From NCBI GenBank assembly GCA_964016885.1, contig OZ024740.1:348688001-348752000 (forward strand): a stretch of 64,000 nucleotides of DNA. The letters are read 5' to 3'. Of this stretch, positions 53,181-64,000 are shown piece by piece. The stretch is from Eledone cirrhosa (taxonomy: Eukaryota). The translations under genes were made by a program, and so were the position numbers. The number at the start of each line of letters is the position of its first letter. Positions within the stretch are counted from its first letter, which is position 1. A model generated the notes under the pieces. The model searched no databases and had not been told where the DNA came from. It saw only the letters and a list, made by a program, of their open reading frames with translations.

Positions 53181-56100
53181 GGCGACCTACGTAGGAAATC
53201 GTATTATCGTGAGCTGCGCAAATGTTTGTTGTTTTCAGTTGTTTCAAATTACCAGTTATGGAAAATTTTTGTTGTTAAATGTTTATAAATTCACTTATAT
53301 TGATTTCTGAAAAGGACACAAAAAATATTGGGGCCTTGAGCCCAAAACGTAAACTTTTTATTTATCAAACAAAATATTTCTTTGGAAAAAAACATGTACG
53401 ACAAATTTACTGTTTTTAACAGACCGACACCCTCCTCCCCCACCACCACCAACACCAACACCATTGTAAGTCTTGCCACGGATGCCAACACTGAAAATAT
53501 AATTACTAGCAGTCTAAATTATTTAGATTTGCCGCATAAAGACTTGGATTTCCCGCCATTACCAATAACTGCAGGTGTTAAACCCGCCACCCCCACCACC
53601 ACAGCGACAACAGAAACCAAAAACATTAAATTATTATCTCGTGACATCAAAATGGATTCACCCAGAATCGACTCTTCCACGCAGAACACCACCTCCACCA
53701 CAACTGAAACTAAAAATAACACTAACTACAACAGCAACAACAACAATGAGAATAACAACAACATCAACACCACCGAAAAACAAAATGTGTCATTTGCCAA
53801 AGCAGCCAAGAAAAGCGAAAAAATCGAGATAAACCAGGATGAATTAAATGAAGCCAAGAGAATGGTAAAAAAAGATGGGTACAGGGTCATCCGCCACCCC
53901 CCACCCACACATACCACCACCACCACCTAATAAAATGGAGCATCGGCGCTTATGCACCGTGTCTTATCGAACGATTAACACAAACTCACGCCGAGTGGAA
54001 CGGGCATCCGAGTCCCAAATACAAAAATACAAAAAGCTTTAGGACATGTGTGGGTGATAAAACCCACATCAGACGTGGGCAGAAATATGGAACCGTGGAC
54101 GTGTTCTTTGGAACACCACAGGAAGCCAGAGAGCACTCCATGGCCCCATTAAGAAGCTATTGTGGACAGAGGCTCGTGAAGATAAGGGTGACCCACGTTC
54201 CACCGGCCGTCGAAATTCCCTGGCTAATGGCGGCCGTCCTCGCCGGCATCGAGGCTAACACAAAAATAATTGAAATAACAAAAGAAAAGCAGGAGAACTA
54301 GTCAGGATCTGGGATGGAGCTCCTGAACCAAGCGGACCAAAAAGCATTGAGGAAATCCCAGAGGTAATAGACCTCACTGACGGCAGCCACCTCACCGTAA
54401 TCGTTGAGGGTAGAATGCCTAGGTGTGTAGTTTGTGGTGAAGATTTTCTGTCCTCAGGCTAAAATGTTGAGGCCACCTCTCTTACCCACACCAGTGACTC
54501 AACCATCAACACCACCAGCAGCAGAAATGGCAGCAACAACTGTAGCAGCAACAACAGAAGCAACTGTAGCAGCAGCAACCCCAGCAACAGTAGCAAAACC
54601 AACACCACCACCACCAGCAAAACCAACACCACCACCACCCAACGCTTCAGAACTAGCACCAGCGCCTACACTATCCACCACGCCACAACCAAAAGTAACG
54701 CTTGTGGAGGATTTTCCACTCCCCGGCCTATCACAACTGGAGACAGATTGTGACGACGAGGAGTGGGAAACGGTATCAGGAAAAAAAATAAGAAACCAAA
54801 TAAGAAAAAATTCTCTTCCTTCCCCCTCCAAAAACAAAATACAGAGGGAAACAAATAAATTAACAAACAAAAAAGTTAGGACAGATATGCCACCATCCAC
54901 ACCAGCATCACCAACCCCATCAACCCAAACACCAACACCATCACCATCATTAACCCCAACACCACCATCACCTACACCACAAAAGTCACCAAAATGCGAA
55001 ACAGAAACAAATCCACAACAAACGCAAACAAAACAAAACAACCAAAACGATACACACTACACAGCATTAAATTTGAACAACAAGCAATTATTACACTACA
55101 TCCAACACAACACCAGCATCACAGAAAGAGACTACACAACAACCCAAAAATTCACACCACCTCCACACATACAAATCACTCGCATCACACAGAAAACGTA
55201 CATGACACTAAAACAAAAATTCCCCAAAGACATCGGAGACTTCCGACAAGCACTCTCCGGGAGGATTTATAAGGACATCCTTCCTGAGGAGGCCACAAGC
55301 AGTGAAAAGGATGGAAAAACCGTCCTTCCCCTACGAGAAGTAAGGTAAGTGGTCTTTCCCATATTTTCCACTCCTTTTCAACATGACCTCACTCAGAATA
55401 GGCAGCATAAATACGCGTGGCTTGGGGTCGTCATGGAAGCAGGGCCACCTGCTCAACGACCTCAGGTCACTAAACATAGATGTAGTGGCCATCAGCGAGA
55501 CCAGAATCTCCGAATCACGGGCCTTCGCACTGATCTTCGGCGGCTACGATGTGTACGCATCTCCCAGCCGTCCGGGATCGGGGGCAGGAGTTGCTGTGCT
55601 TTTTCGGAGAGGTTTGGATCTTGCCATACGGGCCATCTTCCTGCACCCAGAAGGTAAGTTGGTGGTGCTGGACGTGACCAGCGGAGAAGGGCAAGCTTTC
55701 AGGTTAGTGATTGTCTATGCCCCGACAGGAGCAGGGCGGCCTGATTTCTTCCGGCGTCTGGAGACCTTTCTTGGAACGTCCCGCTCTTTAGTGTTAGTGG
55801 GCGACTGGAACGGGATCTTAGATGCACGCTGGGATTGTGTGGGATTAGTGGATAGGGAAGGAGGGTGCAAGAGTCTCACCAACCTGCTCAGGCGTTTTGA
55901 ACTGTCTGACAGGTACCGAATGGATTTCCCGAATGTACCAGTGTGGAATTGGACAAATCGCATAGGGTCATCCAGATCATATCTAGATAGAGTATTTTGT
56001 AGGGAAATAGATAGGTCTAGCATAGGCTATCCACAATTCAAGATAGTCAGCTACACGGACCACAAATTCGTAATCTGTGTGCTTGACTTAGCTAGGCTTC

Positions 56101-59042
56101 ATAGACGAGGACCCGGCTACTGGAAGCTAAACGCGTCCTTACCAGCGCGCAAGGCCTACAGAGACCGGATTAGTGAACTAGTTAAGCGGGCGTTGACGGG
56201 GGCCATCGTCAACAACAAAGTGGTGGTTTGCTCTGAAAAGAGCAATTAGAATAGAGTCCATTAGGTTTAGTAAGGCTTTAGCAATAGAGAAAAATAGAGC
56301 AGAGGGAGAATTAGTTAGAAAATTAGACGAGGCGCTTAGCAAAGGCATTGCGACCGACGTACTTGCGGCGAAATTGGCCCTTGACCAATTCTTCAATGCA
56401 AAGCACGAAGGCTGTGTTGTCAGAGCTAGGGTGCGTGCTCTCAGACACGAGGGGACAAAAGCCATTCAATGGTCCCGAGTGGCGGAGGCGCGTCGTGGCA
56501 ACAAAGCCAGGATCCGGTCTTTGGTGGACCACGACGGGCGCAAGATACTCGATCCCGGGCAAATGTGTGAAGCTTTTCAGCGACACTTCGCTCAACTGTT
56601 CGGGGGCAGTGGCGGGCCGGATCGAGGGATGGACTTTAGTGGCTACCTCGACGGACTGCCGTGGCTTTCGGCCACTGAGGCGGAGTGTTGCGAAAAGCCG
56701 ATAACAACCGCTGAAGCACGGGAGGCAATGACTGGCTGCGCAAGGGGTAAATCGCCTGGTTTGGATGGTCTCCCCTATGAACTTTATGTACAAATGCAAG
56801 ACTTGTTCGGAGGCCTCTTGACGGACGTCTACTGCAACTGGCAACAGAACGGGAGAATTCCCAGCTCTGTGAGCCGAGGAGCGGTGGCGCTGCTGAGAAA
56901 GGATCCGAACAAGGGGGATAACATAGATAATTTTAGGCCCATAACTCTGCTAAACACAGAGTTCAAGATTTTGGCCAAGGTGCTAGCAAAGAGGTTGGCG
57001 CTTGTCGTTGGTGGTCTGGTGGGAGAGGCACAGACATGCGCCATTCCCGACAGATCCATCCACGACAACCTTCACCTCATGCGATACATCGTAGAGAGGG
57101 TAGCTAGGGAACCTGGCACGGGTGGGTCTTTGTTCAATTTAGATCAGTCGAAAGCCTTCGATAGGATCGACCATCGTTACTGAGCGGCAGTCCTGAGGGC
57201 GGCTGGCTTTCGGCCCGTCTTCAGAGACTGGATCGCTGCCATGCACAGCGACATCTGCTCTGTAGTGAGAGTGAACGGTCACCTTTCGGAACCGTTCAAC
57301 ATCATGCGCTCGGTCCGCCAAGGATGTCCCCTCTCGTCCCTATTGTACGTATTGACTCTCGAGCCATCACTGCACAAACTGGAGACCTTGAGGGGGGTCC
57401 CGCGCGAACTAGGATGCGGAAGATCCGTGTCAGCATATGCCGACGATGTCACCGTAGTGGTGTCGAACGCCAAACACATCAAGGCGATCGGCACTACACT
57501 AAGAGAATACGAAGCGGTGACAGGAGCAATGATCAACCCTGAAAAGTCAGTGGGCAGCTCGGCACCTGGAGAGGCAGGTCCATGCCGTCCAACAGCGTCG
57601 TCGGGCGCTGGACGGACGGACCGGTTAAATTGCTAGGGGTCTGGTTCGGTCCAGACCTCCAGACGGACAAAAACTGGGACGAGGTGACGAGCAGGGTGGC
57701 TTCTCTCACCCAGAAATGGGCCGAGAGGAAGCTCTCCCTGAAAGGTCGAGCGGAGGTGGCTAACGCGTACATCGCATCTGTCATCTACTACCGCCTGACC
57801 GTCGTACCTTGTCCTAAGCCCCGCCTGACTGCGCTGGAGCAGTTGCTCTTTCGATTCTTGTGGAAGGGACGCGCTCCGATGGTCAGGCGGCCCATCTGCT
57901 GTCAACACCCGCTACCTGGAGGGCTGGGCTTGCCGTGGCTGATGATGCGCAGACACGTGCTCAGGCTAAGATATCTCCACCTCTTCCTCGACGGTGATCA
58001 GGTGTGGTCGCGGTTTGCTAGATACGTTTTTCCCCAGCTCGTCTCCTTGACGGAGCTGCAGTCCTGGGTCAAGCGCATACCGAGAGGTAGCGCTTGGAGA
58101 CTGGAATGTCATCAGGCGCTCACAGCCCTCGACCAATCAGGCAATGTGATCGGTGGAAACTCCACCTTGGCGTTCTATAGGGGATTAGTGGAGGGGAAGA
58201 GCGACGACGTACTTGGAGAAACTCTAGGCGTCGACGAAAATCAACTAGCCAATCTCTTCGGAAGAACTTTCGGGCCGGGGCCTATGGACAACTTCCAGAA
58301 ATCCCTGGCCTGGCAGTGCTACCGGGGAGCTTTGCCAGTTCGGGATAAACTCTACAGGCATGGAGGTGCCGTTAGCCGGGCATGTCCAAGATGCGAGCAG
58401 CGCGACGAAACCGTCCTGCACGCACTCGTCCAGTGTCCGAGCATTGCTGACTTGTTGGCTTATGTCGAACACCTGCTGTCACGTGTAGGACGGATCCAGC
58501 TATCAGCTGAGTCCATCGTGAGGATTGCCCCGCCCTCTTCCTTTAGCCGGGAAGGGCAGGCAGTTTTTATCTGTCTGGTGGCCATGGCGAAAGAGATAGT
58601 ATGGTAGACACGTTTCAAAGGGCTGAAGACGAGCACTTACCTCTTCGGTGATGCCCTGATTAACTTTTTCAAATTTCATTTGAAAAGGAAAATCAGGGTA
58701 GAGAGGGAAGTGCTCTCTTCCCAGCATTTTGTTGAAAGATGGGTGAGAGAAGCAAGTATGGCCCGAATGAATGGGCCTTCTCTGAGTATGTGTCTGTAAA
58801 TTAAAGATGGAAAACTGGGAGAGGGCACTTGCCCTGGTGGTCAGGGTCACTGTGGTCTTTTAATGGACTTTCTCCACAAATGTCCCTCGGAAGTCTCCCC
58901 CCTATTGGGGAATTTTTCTTTGTTATTTTATTACATCCTCTGTTTTTTTTACACGCAGAAATGCCCATTTGTACCGTCCTGTATTGTCCTGTACTGTCCT
59001 TAATGTCTACTTTATGTAAACCCTTGTGGTTAATAAAGAAAA
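53180..59042 (+). mobile_element. L1/Tx1-like LINE copy 2, near full length, defective
   Basis: Diverged ORF1 ending 55348; ORF2 55383-58799 highly similar to copy 1 (APE, RT); AATAAA and (TTA)n tail. Confidence 0.93.
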
Positions 59043-59083
<41 letters not shown>

Positions 59084-59119
59084 TTATAATTATTATTGTT
59101 ATTTTCTTTCATTATTGTT

Positions 59120-59306
59120 TCTATTGGCAGTATCATTAGATGGTCGGCCACCATGCCTTGCAACATAGAGTTACGGCCCTTTATGATCTGAGTTCAAATC
59201 TCGCCGAGTTTAACTTTGCCTTTCATCCTTACGAGGTCGATAAAATAAAGTACCAGTAATGCACTGGGATAATTGCTGGCCTTGTGCCAAAAGTAGAATC
59301 AATTAT
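59120..59306 (+). mobile_element. tRNA-derived SINE
   Basis: gagttcaaatctcgccgag and core motif. Confidence 0.85.
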
Positions 59307-60237
59307 TGTTTCTGAGATATATGCCGAGTGTCTTCTTGACACCTAGGGCAAATAAATTCACAGTGTGCATTGGTAAGCCAGTTAATACAGCATATTGATT
59401 ATAATTAAGAAAACAAACAAAAGAAAAACAGTATACATATATAGGCATGTGCATATGCATATGTAAATACAAGGAAGGTTATCAATCTTACAGAGATAGT
59501 GCTCTTCTCAATACGTGTGCAGTACCAGTCAAAACAATTTTTTGCACCTCGTGCAGAGAGGGTAAACCAGGAATCATTCGCAAATATTGTTCTGTTCCTT
59601 TCTTGATCATTCCCAGTCCTCCCACAATCACTGGTACTGTAACGGCCTTGAGGTGCCATATTTTCTCAATTTCAATAAGCAGATCTTTATATTTTCGTAG
59701 CTTGCCAAATTCTTTTGCCACGATATTGTGATCACATGGGATGCTCATATCTATCAATAAACAGACCTTGTTATGTTGATCTTTTATAATGATGTCAGGT
59801 CTATTTGCTTTTATGGTCCTGTCAGTATGTACAGGAAAGTCCCAGAGAATTGTTACTTTTTCTCCTTCAGTTACAGCCTCAGGGTGATGGTTGTACCACT
59901 TGTCTTCAGCTTTAATTTTGTAATGCCGACATATTACCCAGTGTAGATATTGGCCAACTCTGTCATGTCTATATTTGTATTCTACTGGTGCTAAAACTTT
60001 ACATCCAGAGACTAAGTGATCCACTGTTTCAACTCCAGCATTGCAGAATCGGCACTTTGGGTTTATTCCGTTTCTCATCACATTGGCCTGGTAATTACGA
60101 GTCAATAAGCTTTGGTCTTGGGCAGCTAAGATGAAGCCTTCACTCTCCGCCTTTAGCCCTGAACTACGTAGCCACTGATGGGTGTGCTTTTGGTCAACAT
60201 CAGCTTGTTTGCTACGGACCCCATATTTGCCATGCAA
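59307..60237 (-). mobile_element. 3' fragment of another R4/Dong-like (REL) retrotransposon family
   Basis: AAQDQSL, CRFC...ETVDHLVSGC, RHD, LWD, NRPDII, KY.DL, PVIVG.LG in ORF 59488-60237. Confidence 0.88.
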
Positions 60238-60340
60238 TTATTATTATAATACTCCAGATAAAGTTAACTGTAGAGTGCTTCATATCTGTTATGAACATAT
60301 ATAACTCATTGTGTTTATATATATATATATATACATATAT

Positions 60341-60442
60341 AATATATAAGAACAAAAGATGGTTAAAAGAGTTCCATGTATTTTATTATGCGCATTTCAA
60401 AATACATGGAACTCTTTTAACCATCTTTTGTTCTTATATATT
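60341..60442. repeat. Perfect palindrome (~44-bp arms, 14-bp spacer) abutting TA-rich tract
   Basis: aatatataagaacaaaagatgg...catgtatttt / aaaatacatg...ccatcttttgttcttatatatt. Confidence 0.92.
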
Positions 60443-60534
60443 ATGTATACTCCAGTCCTACAAACTGTAGAGTGCTTCTTATCCGATATCTGCATTGCTT
60501 TATTGTACTACAATAAAACTCACCTCCTATATAC

Positions 60535-60568
<34 letters not shown>

Positions 60569-61519
60569 GTGTATGTCTATGTGTTTGTGTGTGTTTGTGT
60601 GTACATTTATATATATATTTATCGAACCAGACAAATTGAATTTGTTAAAGCCCACCGAATTTCCACTCGCTCCATGATTTTACAGAACTTGTATTTAGAA
60701 AACACAAGTCTGTATATCAGAGCGCACACTATAAGTTGGTTAGTGGGAAAAACGGAGTTGTGTGGAATTGTGAACACAATAATTTTATAATTCTATATGT
60801 ACATGTTATAACTTAATAGCTGTAGGTTATTGTTTTGCCTTGTCTCTTACTCCAATGACAGCACTTTGGCGTGTGTCAGATGCTGTGACCCCGGGTGGAC
60901 CAACAGTGCCGTTGATAGGGGTCGAAACCACCAACGTCCATCTCAACGGCTGAAAACCCTTGAGTTATGTATATTTCGTTTGCATTTTTATTTTCAAATA
61001 AAAATGTTTTAAGGTTATCCCTATGAAAAAATATTTTTTTCGTTTTGCCTTGTTTTCGTTTGTTGTCTTGTCTTCTCTTTGTTAATTTTCCTAGGTTTAG
61101 TATTTTAAATATACATACGATTCCATAAATAATCATGATTATCTAATAAGGTTTTGCTCTAACCGCTCTCGATCGAAGTAGCTTTTTAATGTTTTATTTG
61201 AATTTGTATTGGTATTGCATATATATTTTTCTCTTTCACAGGTTTTTATATGCCTTGTTGAGTTACATCCTCCATGTGCATTTTGTCACCTATGATATTT
61301 CTAAATCAAGTGATACAACAGGTTGTACCTTGCTGTTGCTTATGACGAAAATTAAAACAAACAAAAAAAATATATATAAACAAACAAACAGAACAACCCA
61401 CGGCAAGATACATAACCTTGGTTTGACTATGAACTGTTGGTACAGCGAATTGATTGTCTGTTTGTATTTAGTTATCAAATAGCTGCATTGATAAAATGCA
61501 GATATTCGACATTTCTCCT

Positions 61520-61720
61520 TCTCCCCTTCTTCCTATTATATAAAGCGGAAAACCATCTCCGTAATATCGGAGTTCTGTTATGTCAATAAGGAGAAGTAGT
61601 GGTCCTACTTAGAGCGATCCTCTGATCTCCGACCTACAGACTCTATTGAGTAACGTTAATCCAAAGATATTTCGGAGATATCCCATTTCGGCCGTTTGAA
61701 ATCGCGGAGGTTCTGGTAGA
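61520..61720 (-). mobile_element. Small RTE-like LINE 3' remnant
   Basis: FQTAEMGYLRNIFGLTLLNRVCRSEIR. Confidence 0.5.
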
Positions 61721-62110
61721 GAACTGGAGCAAAGGAGGAGGCTTACAAAACATGGTTTGGAAAAAAGTCCTCCTTCTTGCAATAGCGGTACCAGCAGCGC
61801 GAATAGTCGCAACAGAGACTGTAAAGGCGTCCAAAGGTAAAAAACATGGAAGACTTTGGGTTTAAGCTGGAATCCAACTTCGGATTAGTAAATAACGTAT
61901 TCTGGAAGACCTTCAGCTGACTTCATAATCAGAAGTCCTACTCCACGTCTGCTATCAACAACGCGTCTGCTATTCTCCTCTCTTCGGAGACTTGTATTCT
62001 CGCGAGTTGCTGATCTAAAGCCGGACACAAAGGTATCTTCTGATGTCCACAAGGTGCATCTGGGAGCACTGAGTAGCCTCTCAGAGGCTACGATCATAAG
62101 AGCAATTACG

Positions 62111-64000
62111 TCAGTATTCCGTGTGTCATAATTCTCGATTATCATTGGTTCATAGGTTTCAAAAGACTCCGCCCACCTCAACGACGCCAAACTGAAATTA
62201 ATATGCATAATGCCAATGAGGGAGTGAGAGGGGAGAGTGTGAATGCTGTGTTCAATAACTATTAACATGTGTGCGTGTGTATGTACGTGCACGTATGTTT
62301 ATGTGTGCGTGCGTGCAGCGTTCCACAGAAAGCAAAAAACTATCAACATGTGTGAGTGTGTGCGTGTGTAAGTTTGCGTGCATGTGCGCCTTTCCATGCG
62401 TGTATGTGTGTGGCGTTCCACAATCGCCATGCAGTTTATCTGTCTGTGCGCCTGTCTGTCAGTTTAACATACACAGTTGTGAAGGGAGTAAATAGGGACC
62501 TTTCTTTACATTGACGTACATCTTTTATATTTATTATTGTGTAATTTTTTGACAATTGTAATTTTTTGACAATAAAAGCAATTCGACTTTATCAAACAGT
62601 GAACTACAGCGGCGACGGCGTGCAGCCAGCAACGAAGAAAAACGGGCCGAACAGCGCCATCGGAAAGCCAAACTTCAGAAGCGAAGACGTGCCTCCATGA
62701 ATGAAGAGAAGCTGGCTGAACAACGCCAACGAAACACTGGAGCCAAGCAGCGAAGGCGTGCTGCGATGGTTGAAGACGAACTGGCTGGGCATCATCAGCA
62801 GATGGCCAGAATTCAGCAGCAACGGCGTGCTGCGATGGATGAAGAGGAGCTGGCTGAACAGCACCAGCGCAATACAGAAGTTCAGAGAATGTGTCGCCAA
62901 AGTGCTCCTCATTCCAGTAAAGAGGCTAGAAGGCGAACGAATGATATTAAAAATGGATCATGGTAACCGTGTAATTTTAAGATTGGTGGACGAGCAGAGT
63001 GTCCACATTGTGGAGATTGCTTTGGAGGCAAGAAAAGACGTGGACAACGTGCTGTCATAAAGGAGCAGTTCAACTAGAACCCTTGCGAATGCCGGATGAT
63101 GAGGAGTCACCGGAGTTTAAAATACTAAGTATGTGGAGTGATGAAGAAGACCGAGGTAGATTACTGCGCAAATATTCGCGGCAAATTAACAATTCATTAG
63201 CTTTAGCATCGCAGAGAGTTAGTGAGATGTTTGAGAGTGGAGTATGGCAACCGAATGTAGTCATTCAAGACCATTTGTATCATTGTATCGGTAATTTAGA
63301 AGTTACCCCAGGAGAGAGGCCTCGATTCGCTCAAATTTACGTTAACGCTCCAGATTATAGTGAATCGTAGGAGGATATCAGGATCGGTTGGATGAAGTTG
63401 CCGGGAAATATAATTGAACTTGAACGGCAAATGTTAAGTGATTTGATCCGTGATTTCCAATCATGGCTTAGACAGTGTAATCCTTATGTTAAGGATTTCA
63501 TGTTGGTGGCTGAATTGCAAAATGTTCAGCAGCAAACATTGGTGATTAAGGCTAACGCAGTGCCAAGGAAATAACACGAACGGCGTTATAATGCCCCTGA
63601 AGGATTTCGTGAGGTAACTGTGTTGAAGGACGATAAGCCTGGATCGAGAGAGATATCGTCCTCAATCGCATATATGGTGGTCTCAAGACTATCAACGAGT
63701 CAAATAGGGCATACGATCCATTGCATTATCTTCTTTTATTCCCAAAAGGTGAAAATGGATGGAACATGTCTGTTCATTTAGATGATCATGAGAATCAGCA
63801 TCAACAGAGAGGTGGCAATAGACACAATAATTCGATTCGCGACTTTTACGCGTTCCACTTGAACGAGAGGAATCAACAGAGAAATGTGCTATTTCAAGCC
63901 AGCAGATTGTTACAGGAATACTTTTGTATGGCATTCGCAAAGATCGAAAATCAAAGGCTAAATTATATACCTACATATCAGCAACATATCAGAGCTGAAT
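62111..64000 (+). mobile_element. Third Helitron copy, 5' portion, degenerate (runs off window end)
   Basis: Reverse complement of ~9118-8850 and 6460-4900 without the RTE insert. Confidence 0.92.

Overview
Repeat-dense eukaryotic DNA, probably cephalopod/octopus (inferred from the tRNA-derived SINE family, (TA)n/(CA)n/(TTA)n microsatellites and an invertebrate IL-17-like gene). The only credible host gene is an interleukin-17-like cytokine exon (14904-15425, minus strand), with a candidate first micro-exon 16 kb upstream, plus a possible eroded GPCR pseudogene. The rest is mobile DNA: three copies of one Helitron, an RTE LINE with target-site duplication, two CRE-like and three R4/Dong-like retrotransposons, two L1/Tx1-like LINEs, Penelope-like remnants and SINEs. 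The main finding is a ~9.3 kb array of ~22 essentially identical, non-coding 422-bp units (19484-28765). Each unit carries a minimal type I hammerhead ribozyme motif in a highly structured RNA, i.e. a retrozyme/viroid-like circRNA candidate. The array inverts once internally and may lie in the IL-17 intron. Several unrelated palindromic elements nearby also carry minimal hammerhead motifs with the same outward-facing geometry. All calls are by eye; no searches or folding were run.
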